This document shows, piece by piece, positions 1 to 9,129 of a stretch of 64,000 nt of DNA. Each line of letters opens with the position of its first letter. Position 1 is the stretch's first letter. The notes beneath the pieces were generated by a model. It was not told the origin of the DNA, did not search any database, and saw nothing but the letters and a program-made list of their open reading frames with translations. The stretch is from the IMG/VR virus record IMGVR_UViG_3300042261_002385, positions 1 to 64,000 of that record; one strand, written 5' to 3'. The position numbers and the translations under genes are program-made.

Positions 1-531
1 CTATTTTAGTAAAGAATTTAATTTATCTTCTCTTAATTCATCTACAGTTTTTATTCTATATTTTTTTTTAAGAATAACGTCATAAAAATTCACTTTAGTG
101 CTTACTCCATTTTTTGATAGTTTCCAGATTTGTGGATATTCTTCTTGACACTGAGTAGCTCTATCAAATTTAGATTTGGTCTTATCTGTTTCATATTGAT
201 AGTAAAGCCAACTTTCCCAATAGTGGTTTTCTTCAATAGCTGAAATTATGATTGCGATTTGCCACTTAAAAAAGACAAATGAAATTAGAGGTGACCACTC
301 AAATCTAAATTCACCAAACTTTGTTTTCCAACCAAGAGTTACAATATCAAATCCGATTTTTTTTGGCACATATTTTAAATATCCCGGTTTATCAGGATCT
401 TTAATCGTCTTTCTGGGTAAAAAATAAGGCGTGCCAATTTTTACTTTACCGATATAGAATTTTAGTTTTGGTCTAACAAATGGTGTATTGAAATATGAAA
501 GAAACTCTTTGAGTTTTTTAAAGCCAGTCAT
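1..531 (-). CDS. hypothetical phage protein; C-terminal RxxKLxxLL motif
   Basis: 176-aa ORF, coupled to the upstream 518-697 ORF (ATGA-type overlap); ends DELREDKLNSLLK. Confidence 0.7.
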   Translation of the reverse strand: MTGFKKLKEFLSYFNTPFVRPKLKFYIGKVKIGTPYFLPRKTIKDPDKPGYLKYVPKKIGFDIVTLGWKTKFGEFRFEWSPLISFVFFKWQIAIIISAIEENHYWESWLYYQYETDKTKSKFDRATQCQEEYPQIWKLSKNGVSTKVNFYDVILKKKYRIKTVDELREDKLNSLLK

Positions 532-697
532 TTTTGTGTTTTAATTTACGAGTATAGTCTTTTGCGGACTTATGGATTTTATGTTTTGCAATCCATCCAG
601 TAGCGTTCTGGAGCTCAATTTCACGCGAAGCTTTTTTAGAAGCCTTCAAAGAATCTAATTTTGTAAAAGTTCCGATATGTATCACTCCAGATTTCAT
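518..697 (-). CDS. small basic protein (59 aa) with ArfA-like C-terminal YxRKxKH motif
   Basis: Not in ORF track. Hand-translated MKSGVIHIGTFTKLDSLKASKKASREIELQNATGWIAKHKIHKSAKDYTRKLKHKNDWL; host-type promoter immediately upstream. Confidence 0.7.
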   Translation of the reverse strand: MKSGVIHIGTFTKLDSLKASKKASREIELQNATGWIAKHKIHKSAKDYTRKLKHKNDWL

Positions 698-701
698 AAT
701 A

Positions 702-733
702 CAAATATAGTAATAATAAGTGAAGTTGACAAA
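702..733 (-). promoter_or_regulatory. Bacteroidota housekeeping-sigma promoter (-33 TTTG / -7 TAnnTTTG)
   Basis: Minus strand TTTG-N20-TATATTTG, 4 nt before the ATG at 697. Confidence 0.75.
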
Positions 734-735
734 TT

Positions 736-743
736 AATATATA
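736..743 (+). promoter_or_regulatory. putative phage late-type promoter AATATATA
   Basis: Recurrent octamer just upstream of structural genes; back-to-back with the host-type promoter. Confidence 0.55.
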
Positions 744-762
744 CATAAAATTCGAAATCAAT

Positions 763-1563
763 ATGAACGAGGTAAATGGATATGGCGACTCTTATGTTCC
801 TTATCAGGGTGGTTATACAATAGAAGAATTTATAGACTTAGTTCAAACAGAGTTGACAATAGCATGTGCTTTACCTAAGACACTACCAGATGTTTCAATC
901 AGACAGATTGTTGAGTCTAAATGTTTGCCTTATTTCTATCGCAGATACCAATATGCTGTTCAGAAAATGTATTTTTTAATTCAGAAAGAAGCTTTCTTTA
1001 CAGAAGAATTTACTAAGTATAATTTTGTTAATGTTCCATGTGAAATTCAATCTGTAATTTACTTATATGAAGTTAGAGGACAAAGTCTTTTTCAATTAGG
1101 TATTAACACACCAAACCTTTCTGTGAACTTAGGTGTTACTAATCAACCTTACTTATCATCATATGTGACCACTATTGGTGAGTTAGGAGTTTACAAAACG
1201 TTGTTGGATAATATGTCAGATATGTTAAATCAACTTAACAAATACACACTGAAACATCATTTTAATCAACTGAACCATAGACTTCACATTTTGACCAATG
1301 TTCAGTATGACGTTATTATGGAAGCTTATGCTAATATACCAAGAGAAAATTTATTCAGAGATGATTTATTCTACAAATATGTAGTTGGTCAATCAAAAGT
1401 AATGTTAGGCAACTTAGTTGGTCGTTATGACTTTACATTACCTGGTGGAGTTAAAATTCAAGCATCTGATTTAATTTCTCAGGGTAAAGAAGAAATTCAA
1501 CAAGTAGAAGAGGAAATCAAAGGACAATCTGATTCAGCTTGGTTTGTGTTAGTTAAGAAGTAA
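763..1563 (+). CDS. neck / head-completion protein, T4 gp13-like
   Basis: C-terminal LGNLVGRYDFTLPGGVKIQASDLISQGKEEIQQVEEEI matches the gp13 LPGGV...I..EA..EI..LE pattern. Confidence 0.7.
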   Translation: MNEVNGYGDSYVPYQGGYTIEEFIDLVQTELTIACALPKTLPDVSIRQIVESKCLPYFYRRYQYAVQKMYFLIQKEAFFTEEFTKYNFVNVPCEIQSVIYLYEVRGQSLFQLGINTPNLSVNLGVTNQPYLSSYVTTIGELGVYKTLLDNMSDMLNQLNKYTLKHHFNQLNHRLHILTNVQYDVIMEAYANIPRENLFRDDLFYKYVVGQSKVMLGNLVGRYDFTLPGGVKIQASDLISQGKEEIQQVEEEIKGQSDSAWFVLVKK

Positions 1564-1564
1564 T

Positions 1565-2590
1565 TTATTTGTTATATCTCATAAAAGAATTCTGAGAAAT
1601 AATCTCATACTTGACTTCTCCAATAAAATCTTTAAGATTTCTACTATCACAATAAGACATAGCAGACTTAAGATAATCAGTAAAATTTTCACACCAACCT
1701 TCTAATGTATATTCTACTTTATTGTATTTTGTTATACCTTCACCAGTCTTAAGTTCAGCTCTATTCCAAGATTTCTGAACTTCTTTTGTAGACATACCTC
1801 GATAGTATTTGTAAATATCAACACCTGCATCAAAAGCATTCATTGCTTTTTTGAAATCTACTTGATAGTATTGAGACTGTGAATCTTTCATAAAGGTCTC
1901 ACCACAACTATCTAAACACTTATTAAAGATTCCACCAAGCATCACATAATCAGCTCCTAAAGCTAAAGCTTTAATAATATCAGAGAAATTTTTAAATCCA
2001 CCATCTGCAACAATCTTAGTTGGTTTATCATAAATAGCTTTAAAATAAGCACATTCTGAAATTAGTGAAGCCATCGGATAATGAATAGAGACGTTGGCGG
2101 ATGTCGTGCAAGCAGAACCTCCACCAATTCCCACTCGTATATAATCGACGCCTATTTCACAATACTTTTTATAAGTATCTGGGTTGGCGATATTCCCAAT
2201 CATCAACTCACATTTATCACCATAAGTTTCTTTAATTCTCTTTGATGTATCATATAGTTTTTGCATATGACCATTTGCAACATCGATTAAAACTCTTTTG
2301 GGTAATTGTGATTTACTATTCAATAGTTCAATTATTTCATCTAATCCATAAGAATAGAAAAAATCATCTGATCCATCAATTTTAATATCTTTCCACTTGA
2401 CATTTCGAGGCAGACATATGTTAATGTTGTTATTTACAAATTGACTAACATTTGTTTCATCAATTACTTTATCCATTGGTGCAGTAAAAAGAGGTAGTTT
2501 ACCAACATAAGTAGGGTCAATTTCTTTTCTCGAAGAAATACTACTCAAAGTTTCAGGCACAATCGAAATATCGTTCCAATCAAATTTCAT
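1565..2590 (-). CDS. guaC: GMP reductase / IMPDH family oxidoreductase
   Basis: APMD, IDVANGH, RVGIGGGSACTT, ADGG, MLGG and YRGMST motifs; no CBS domains. Confidence 0.8.
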   Translation of the reverse strand: MKFDWNDISIVPETLSSISSRKEIDPTYVGKLPLFTAPMDKVIDETNVSQFVNNNINICLPRNVKWKDIKIDGSDDFFYSYGLDEIIELLNSKSQLPKRVLIDVANGHMQKLYDTSKRIKETYGDKCELMIGNIANPDTYKKYCEIGVDYIRVGIGGGSACTTSANVSIHYPMASLISECAYFKAIYDKPTKIVADGGFKNFSDIIKALALGADYVMLGGIFNKCLDSCGETFMKDSQSQYYQVDFKKAMNAFDAGVDIYKYYRGMSTKEVQKSWNRAELKTGEGITKYNKVEYTLEGWCENFTDYLKSAMSYCDSRNLKDFIGEVKYEIISQNSFMRYNK

Positions 2591-2607
2591 AAAAAGTGGA
2601 TTATTTT

Positions 2608-2919
2608 TTAATAGAAGATGTATCTATCTTCTTCTTGAATACAGTAAATTGAAATTGGATAAAGTCTAACTTCTCCTTCTGATTCATCAATTACAAATCT
2701 CATAGTGCCATCAATTATGTCTTCATTTACAACTTTGACAGTTGAGTTGTGTAGACCATTAAATATTATCCAATTGATTTCATCGTCTTGTGGAATTGTC
2801 AGGAAATGTTTTTTTCCAATTATCTTACCACCAAATCCTTCTTCAAAATAGGCTAATTGAATTAGGTTTTTAATTTCTTCTGTTCTTTTGATTTCTACTC
2901 TGATTTCGTGTTTTGTCAT
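2608..2919 (-). CDS. hypothetical protein
   Basis: 103-aa ORF co-oriented with guaC. Confidence 0.6.
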   Translation of the reverse strand: MTKHEIRVEIKRTEEIKNLIQLAYFEEGFGGKIIGKKHFLTIPQDDEINWIIFNGLHNSTVKVVNEDIIDGTMRFVIDESEGEVRLYPISIYCIQEEDRYIFY

Positions 2920-2993
2920 TGTTTTAATTTTGAATACTTAGATTTTATACGTTTTTTTTAGAAAGTTGTTAGGTAAAATTAAATATATAATAT

Positions 2994-3575
2994 ATGATTT
3001 GTAAAAAATGCAATACTGAAAAAAGTCTATCTGATTTTCATAATGATACCAAATCAAAAACTGGTAAACAATGCTATTGTAAAACTTGTGCAAAAAAAAT
3101 ACAAAACCAATACTATAAAGAAAACAAAAACAGAGTATTACAGAGAAAAAAAATCTATAGAAATACGGATGAATATAAAAAAAGGAGTAGAGAGTATGAA
3201 TTGGAATATTCAAAAATTCGAAAAGTAAGAGGTAAAACACTTACTGTAAGATTTTCTATGTCATTAAGAGATATACTAAAGAGATGTCTAAAATATAAAG
3301 GAATAAAAAAGAATAGTAGAACTTTCGAAATACTTGGTTATGATGTAAAAAAATTTAGACAGAGAATAGAATGTCAATTTAAAGATGGTATGTGTTGGGA
3401 AAATTATGGAGATTGGGAAATAGACCATAAAAAACCAATTAGTAAATTTGATAAAAGTGCAAAAATTAGTTTAATTAATTCATTATGTAATTTACAACCT
3501 TTGTGGAAAAAAGATAATAGAATGAAAGGAAACAAATTTGATTTAAAAAACGGCTTAGGACCCGTTATAGTTTAG
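2994..3575 (+). CDS. free-standing HNH homing endonuclease with N-terminal Zn ribbon
   Basis: CKKC..CYCKTC N-terminus; WEIDHKKPIS...NLQPLWKKDNRMKGNK HNH motif. Confidence 0.85.
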   Translation: MICKKCNTEKSLSDFHNDTKSKTGKQCYCKTCAKKIQNQYYKENKNRVLQRKKIYRNTDEYKKRSREYELEYSKIRKVRGKTLTVRFSMSLRDILKRCLKYKGIKKNSRTFEILGYDVKKFRQRIECQFKDGMCWENYGDWEIDHKKPISKFDKSAKISLINSLCNLQPLWKKDNRMKGNKFDLKNGLGPVIV

Positions 3576-3595
3576 CCCCACCGGGTAGACTGAAG

Positions 3596-3625
3596 AAAAA
3601 AGGGGAATTCGCTACTCCCCTTTTT
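3596..3625. terminator. bidirectional intrinsic terminator
   Basis: AAAAAAGGGGA-ATTCGCTAC-TCCCCTTTTT between convergent genes. Confidence 0.8.
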
Positions 3626-3629
3626 CATT

Positions 3630-3830
3630 TTATAGATGTAGAATTTCTAATTTATCTAGCGTTCCTCTTTTAACCTTATCAAACTGTTCTGGATTATTTA
3701 GAGTTCTGGCTTTTTGCCAATCGCCATCAAAATAGGGATAGCCACCTTTGAGACCGACAAAAACTTGGTCATATTGATTAACTATGATATACTCAGATAA
3801 TTTTTTTTCGATAATTTTTTTTCTCCCCAT
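3630..3830 (-). CDS. small hypothetical protein
   Basis: 66-aa ORF ending at the terminator. Confidence 0.6.
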   Translation of the reverse strand: MGRKKIIEKKLSEYIIVNQYDQVFVGLKGGYPYFDGDWQKARTLNNPEQFDKVKRGTLDKLEILHL

Positions 3831-3858
3831 AATTTGACAAATTTACCAAATTTTAATT

Positions 3859-3888
3859 AAACAACCACATTCTTTTACAATATATAAT
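3859..3888 (+). promoter_or_regulatory. putative phage two-box promoter AAACAA-N16-TATATAAT
   Basis: Same two-box architecture as upstream of gp32, 11959, gmd, 35203, 44747, 47292 and 48850. Confidence 0.5.
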
Positions 3889-3911
3889 CTAAATAATCTA
3901 AATAATAATTT

Positions 3912-4871
3912 ATGAATGAACATATACTAACTGAAAATCCTAACCGTTTTGTATTGTTTCCCCTAAAGTATAATGAAATATGGGAACTTTACAAAACTGC
4001 TGAGCACTCTTTCTGGACTGCTGAGGAAATCGATCTTGCACAAGACTTAACTGACTGGAACGAAAAACTTAACAAAGATGAAAAACATTACATCAAACAC
4101 GTATTAGCTTTCTTTGCTGCGTCTGATGGTATTGTAAATGAAAATTTAGCTGAAAACTTTCTTAAAGAAGTTCAATATCCAGAGGCAAAGTGTTTTTACG
4201 GATTTCAAATTGCTATTGAAAATATTCACTCTGAAACTTATTCACTTTTGATTGACACTTATATCAAAAATGCTGAAGAAAGAGATTATCTTTTCAATGC
4301 TATACAAACTGTTCCAGCTGTTACTAAGAAAGCAGAGTGGGCTCTTAAGTGGATTTCATCAGAATCATTCGCTGAAAGACTTATTGCTTTTGCAGCAGTT
4401 GAGGGTATCTTTTTCTCAGGTTCATTCTGTTCAATTTTCTGGTTAAAGAAAAGAGGATTGATGCCAGGTCTTACTTTCTCTAATGAGTTAATCTCGAGAG
4501 ATGAAGGTTTACACTGTATGTTCGCTTGTCTTTTACACAATAAATATATTCAAAACAAAGTTTCTGAATCTAGAATTAAAGAAATTATTTGTGAAGCTGT
4601 TGAAATTGAAAAAGAATTCATTACAGATTCACTACCTGTTGCCTTAATCGGTATGAATGCCAAATTGATGCAACAATACATTGAATACGTTGCTGATTTC
4701 TGGTTATCAGAATTAGGATGTTCAAAAGTTTATAATGTAGAGAATCCATTTGATTTTATGGAAATGTTATCTCTTCAGAATAAATCTAATTTCTTTGAAA
4801 AGAGAGTTTCAGAATATCAGAAAGCATCGGACAAAGCTATTGACTTTGATAATTTGGATGATGATTTCTAA
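3912..4871 (+). CDS. nrdB: ribonucleotide reductase class Ia beta subunit
   Basis: [45 protein letters not shown] and [10 protein letters not shown] motifs. Confidence 0.97.
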   Translation: MNEHILTENPNRFVLFPLKYNEIWELYKTAEHSFWTAEEIDLAQDLTDWNEKLNKDEKHYIKHVLAFFAASDGIVNENLAENFLKEVQYPEAKCFYGFQIAIENIHSETYSLLIDTYIKNAEERDYLFNAIQTVPAVTKKAEWALKWISSESFAERLIAFAAVEGIFFSGSFCSIFWLKKRGLMPGLTFSNELISRDEGLHCMFACLLHNKYIQNKVSESRIKEIICEAVEIEKEFITDSLPVALIGMNAKLMQQYIEYVADFWLSELGCSKVYNVENPFDFMEMLSLQNKSNFFEKRVSEYQKASDKAIDFDNLDDDF

Positions 4872-4895
4872 TCGTTTTTTCTTTTTTTTGTTTTT

Positions 4896-4922
4896 AACCC
4901 ACTTAATTAAGTGGGTTTTTTA
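4896..4922 (+). terminator. intrinsic terminator after nrdB
   Basis: AACCCACTT-AATT-AAGTGGGTT followed by a T run. Confidence 0.85.
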
Positions 4923-4956
4923 TTTTAATATATAATTGTAGAAAATATAAATATTT

Positions 4957-6027
4957 ATGAAGTATTTAAAATTATTTGAGGATAATTCCGACTCTAAATT
5001 AGAATTGGTCAAAAATATAATTAAAGAAAACCAATTCTTGTCTAAATATGCTGAACAAATTTCACAAGAATCTTTAAAAGAATTCAATGAATATATTTAT
5101 GTAAAGTTACCAGAAGAATTAAATTCACCACATATAAATAAGCATTTTGATAAAAACAATCCTGGTTCTATTTGGTCCATAAGTAAAGAAGAAGTTAGTG
5201 AACTCATACTTGAAACTCTTACTAAAGAGCCTACAAAATCTTTACAAGAAGGACCTACTTTCAAATATAAGTGGCTTAATTTAGAATATACAAAACCCGT
5301 TGGGTTTGATAGTCTGAAAAAAGTTGATGGTGATATATCAAAAGAGGTTGACCTAGAACCATTCGGAATGGTTGACAGAGTCAAAGAGTGGGAAAAAGTT
5401 GACGCTGTTGCTAAACAAAATGGATATGAACTAGTTGCAAAAGAAGGGGGTGAAACAAGAGAATATACTGAAGAAGATTTGAAAAATAACGTTGCTTGTT
5501 TTATTAAACAAGAAGTTGGTGTTGTTGAAGGTGATAAAATGCAAAATCCAACTAAAACTTATAATTTAATCACTGCTAAAGTAGGAGAGGTTGCTGGAAA
5601 ACCAGTCTTAACACTTATGACGGTTTTTCCAGGTATTAATCCAGTAGACAAAGATGGTAAAGATATAACTAATAAAAAAGATTTATCAGTGGCTGGTTAC
5701 GCACTTATAAAATCTAAACCAACAAACGAAAATAATTTATCTAAAGTCAAAAAATTTGAAGATTTCATAAAAGAGTCTCTACCTCGTCAACATACAGTCG
5801 ATCAGTGGAAAAAACTTAGAAAAATGACTAAAGGTGTCGATATAGGTGATCGTATTTCTGATTTAAATAAACAGGGAGCTAATATTCAGTACTACCAAAA
5901 TGTAGTAGACTCAGGAATTGAATCTTATGAAGATTTTGAAAAACACAATAAAAAATTTATACCTGGTTGGAATGTTAAAGGTTTAACAAGTCCATTTTCA
6001 GGAGAAGGAAAAAAATTAAAGAAATGA
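4957..6027 (+). CDS. putative virion-internal protein (MKYLKLFE tag, internal second tag)
   Basis: N-terminal MKYLKLFE; internal LSKVKKFEDFIKES; AATATATA at 4927-4934. Confidence 0.75.
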   Translation: MKYLKLFEDNSDSKLELVKNIIKENQFLSKYAEQISQESLKEFNEYIYVKLPEELNSPHINKHFDKNNPGSIWSISKEEVSELILETLTKEPTKSLQEGPTFKYKWLNLEYTKPVGFDSLKKVDGDISKEVDLEPFGMVDRVKEWEKVDAVAKQNGYELVAKEGGETREYTEEDLKNNVACFIKQEVGVVEGDKMQNPTKTYNLITAKVGEVAGKPVLTLMTVFPGINPVDKDGKDITNKKDLSVAGYALIKSKPTNENNLSKVKKFEDFIKESLPRQHTVDQWKKLRKMTKGVDIGDRISDLNKQGANIQYYQNVVDSGIESYEDFEKHNKKFIPGWNVKGLTSPFSGEGKKLKK

Positions 6028-6299
6028 AACATTTAAAAACATTTGAATCTTATGGTAAAATAGATTCTGATATACATCAAGATATAGCAAATGACCTTCT
6101 ACCAAGATTTCAGAAAATCAAAGATGAGCAAGGTAAATTTACAATGCAAGATTATATTAAATATATGGAGGACAGAGGAGCCGATCCAATGATGGTTGAT
6201 TGTGTTGCATCATGTATTGTCAATATGGGGTTTGACTTTGATTTTGAAAAGAACGATGATGATGATATTGAATTTGTATTGAAAAATACTATTTATTAA
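6024..6299 (+). CDS. putative virion-internal protein (MKHLKTFES tag)
   Basis: Tag-family N-terminus; ATGA overlap with the previous gene. Confidence 0.7.
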   Translation: MKHLKTFESYGKIDSDIHQDIANDLLPRFQKIKDEQGKFTMQDYIKYMEDRGADPMMVDCVASCIVNMGFDFDFEKNDDDDIEFVLKNTIY

Positions 6300-6483
6300 T
6301 CAACTTCAATATATCTTTATATTCATTTATCATCTTTTCAAAAAGAGGCTCATCAAAACTTTTCATCATATTTAGAAGTCTTCCAATTCCAGATTCAGCT
6401 GGTGTCAATTTTCTATTTTTAATTTGAATCATTTTACTTTTGATTTCTTTCTCTAATCTAATTAAGTCTCTTTCTCTTGCCAT
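6289..6483 (-). CDS. small hypothetical early protein
   Basis: 64-aa ORF; TATCTTTG -7 box at 6499-6506 on the minus strand. Confidence 0.65.
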   Translation of the reverse strand: MARERDLIRLEKEIKSKMIQIKNRKLTPAESGIGRLLNMMKSFDEPLFEKMINEYKDILKLINK

Positions 6484-6544
6484 ATTTTAACGTTTCTACA
6501 AAGATAATAATCCTTTTTAAGATGAAAAAATAATATATACCATT

Positions 6545-6937
6545 ATGAAGAGACTAAGAAGATTCAATGAAAGTAAAACTGATATAGATTATGACTATGT
6601 ATATCAATGCTTTGCTGACCTTTTAGATGATAATAAGGCAGAAATTAGACAATATGAAACTGATTATCAAAAGTATATTACTATAGATTTAAAAATTAAT
6701 CAATCTAATCCAGAAAGAAGAGACACTGGAAGAACTATGAAGATTGAAGACTCTAAATTATTTGACTATATAAACGGTGTAAAATCAAATAGCGAATTGT
6801 TACAAGAAGTTGAAATTGCATTAAATAGACTATCGGAAGAATATCCAGAATATAGAGTCAATTTTGATGTATATGCTTATTCAATTCATATAAATGTCTT
6901 TGGTGGAGAGGAGAAAAAAGAACAGTATCCATTTTAA
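6545..6937 (+). CDS. putative virion-internal protein (MKRLRRFNES tag)
   Basis: Tag-family N-terminus; AATATATA at 6532-6539. Confidence 0.7.
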   Translation: MKRLRRFNESKTDIDYDYVYQCFADLLDDNKAEIRQYETDYQKYITIDLKINQSNPERRDTGRTMKIEDSKLFDYINGVKSNSELLQEVEIALNRLSEEYPEYRVNFDVYAYSIHINVFGGEEKKEQYPF

Positions 6938-6938
6938 G

Positions 6939-7775
6939 ATGAAAAAATTAGAAACATATAAGTCTTTCTTTGAATCTCAAAAACAATATTCTATTTATGA
7001 CTTCTATGATTATCTTAGAAATAACCATTGGTCAAATACTGATATATCAACTTTAGAAAGATGGACTGACCATTTTGTAGGTGAAGGTTGGTGGAATAAA
7101 ATCAAATCACATGTTGATAGAATTTTTCAGGTTCTTTCAGAAGTTGACATGAATCATATCAGTGATGCAATGCTCGAAATATTTGATACAGTTCCTGATG
7201 AAAAAGAAAAGAATATCTATTGTGCCGTTCTTTATGGAGATTACGAAAAGATAAATGATAGCAATGAGTATAAATATAATGGAACTATGCCTATTTTTGA
7301 ATCAGATGATATGAAAAGAAAAAGTTATATTTTACATAATATAATTTTTGAAATTGTAAGACCAACAATATCTTACTCAAAAATAACAGGCAATGATATA
7401 GAATTTAGACCGACACCAGAAGCATATTACGTTACCGATAAAAAGTGGCAATGTCAAAATTTTGACTTTTCTCAATTTACCGAACTCAAAGACTATGAGA
7501 TGAAAAGTCTGAAATTCTATTCTCCAGAAAATGTGCTTAGTATGTATAAACCAGGTGTTGTAATTGATATTGGTGGTTGGTCATCTTTAGATTCTCGTAG
7601 AACAGGTGAAATGAGTTTAGTAGAGTTAGAAAAAGAGTTAGATGATAGAATTAATTTAATTACAGCAGAAATAGAATATGAAGAAGTCTTTTGGCCATTT
7701 TCAAGAAAAGAAAGATACTTTGATACATCACAACCAATATATGACTATACTTTAAAAATATTATTGAAAATGTAA
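6939..7775 (+). CDS. putative virion-internal protein (MKKLETYKSFFES tag)
   Basis: Start moved from track 6894 to ATG 6939, 1 nt after the previous stop, which exposes the tag. Confidence 0.7.
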   Translation: MKKLETYKSFFESQKQYSIYDFYDYLRNNHWSNTDISTLERWTDHFVGEGWWNKIKSHVDRIFQVLSEVDMNHISDAMLEIFDTVPDEKEKNIYCAVLYGDYEKINDSNEYKYNGTMPIFESDDMKRKSYILHNIIFEIVRPTISYSKITGNDIEFRPTPEAYYVTDKKWQCQNFDFSQFTELKDYEMKSLKFYSPENVLSMYKPGVVIDIGGWSSLDSRRTGEMSLVELEKELDDRINLITAEIEYEEVFWPFSRKERYFDTSQPIYDYTLKILLKM

Positions 7776-8584
7776 TGAAGTATCTAAAAAAGTACATTCA
7801 ATTTATTTCAGAAGAGATTTTTAATCTTCCATCTTGGCCTTCACTATTTAATCAAGACAAAAATGGATATGTTTTACCAATGTTAATTTGGTCACAGGAT
7901 GTATTCGATGGTGCTTTTAGAGAAGGTGACTATGATACAAAAAAAACACCAACTGGTGTGAAACTTGTAAAGAGTTGGAATTTAGAAAACAATTTAATGG
8001 GTTCATTTTTTGAGTTTGTTGGTGAATTTGTAATTTTCACACATATTAAAGAAGTTAATTTAGAATTTTGTGAATCTAAAGAAAAGGGATATACACTTCC
8101 GGAAAATTTAAGTGAAAGAGTAAATAATTTATATGAACAATATGGTTTAGGAACTCCTATTTTTGTCACAGTTGTTAAAAAATATGAAGATGGTGTAAAG
8201 GTAGTGACCACTGGTTCTAATTGGCACTTAGTTTCTAAATTAGGTATTAAAAAGTTAGGCACAACTACTTATAAAGGATTTGTAAAAGAAACAAAGATTC
8301 CACTTTATAGTGATGATACACAAACACCGGAATCAAAAGAAGCTATTTGGAAAAAACTTTTACAAGATGAAAGTTGTGAGGTAGTTGTTTGGTCTCAAAA
8401 TATGAAAAAAGAATTTCCAATTGAGATGATTGATGGAAATCCTTACTACAGTGGAAATATTCCTGTTTATTTTGGTGATAAAGAAATGAACCAACAATTT
8501 TTAGATTTAGCTGGCGAAGATGAAGAAAAGTATAAAAAGATAAAATCTCTAACAAAAAACTTAAAATTGAAATCGGTTAAATGA
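7775..8584 (+). CDS. putative virion-internal protein (MKYLKKYIQFISEE tag)
   Basis: Tag-family N-terminus; coupled by TAATG overlap. Confidence 0.7.
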   Translation: MKYLKKYIQFISEEIFNLPSWPSLFNQDKNGYVLPMLIWSQDVFDGAFREGDYDTKKTPTGVKLVKSWNLENNLMGSFFEFVGEFVIFTHIKEVNLEFCESKEKGYTLPENLSERVNNLYEQYGLGTPIFVTVVKKYEDGVKVVTTGSNWHLVSKLGIKKLGTTTYKGFVKETKIPLYSDDTQTPESKEAIWKKLLQDESCEVVVWSQNMKKEFPIEMIDGNPYYSGNIPVYFGDKEMNQQFLDLAGEDEEKYKKIKSLTKNLKLKSVK

Positions 8585-9129
8585 AATATTTAAAATCATA
8601 TAAATTATTTGAAAAAAAGAAAGAAGACAAAGTTGAACTACCTAATCTTTCAGAACTCAAAATTGTTGAATTAAAAACAATTGAGGGTAAAAATAAATGG
8701 CATCACAAAAAAGATAAATTGATACATATGGTTTTAGATTTAGGAGAGTGGGAAGAATTTCCATCAAGTAAAATTCCAAACTTTCATAAAAACATTAAAA
8801 AATACATTCCATCAATGAATGAACATAGATGTTCAATTGGTCGTAAGGGTGGTTTTTTCACAAGAGTTAAAAAAGGAACCTGGCTAGGTCACATAATTGA
8901 ACATATAGCACTTGAATTACAAACATTAGCTGGTCATGATACAGGATTCGGTAGAACAAGAGGCACTGGAAAAAAAGCAGAATATAATGTCATATTTAAT
9001 TATGAAGAAAAACAAGTTGGTTTATTAGCCGCTAGAGAAGCTGTTAAAGTAGCCAAGTCTTTAATTAAAGAAGAAAATCCTGAAATAGAAGATATAGTAA
9101 AAAAGTTAAAGGATAAAATTAAAAAATGA
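8581..9129 (+). CDS. stand-alone cyanophycin synthetase N-domain homologue with N-terminal tag
   Basis: LDLGEWEEFPS..IPNF...HRCSIGRKGGFFTRVKKGTWLGHIIEHIALELQTLAG...FGRTR matches the CphA1 N domain, including Cx19Hx3H. Confidence 0.85.
   Translation: MKYLKSYKLFEKKKEDKVELPNLSELKIVELKTIEGKNKWHHKKDKLIHMVLDLGEWEEFPSSKIPNFHKNIKKYIPSMNEHRCSIGRKGGFFTRVKKGTWLGHIIEHIALELQTLAGHDTGFGRTRGTGKKAEYNVIFNYEEKQVGLLAAREAVKVAKSLIKEENPEIEDIVKKLKDKIKK

Noticed and set aside
3590-3630. CTGAAGA before a hairpin as a hammerhead ribozyme core
   Set aside because: There is no GAAA after the stem and no stems I/III; the hairpin is explained as a terminator.
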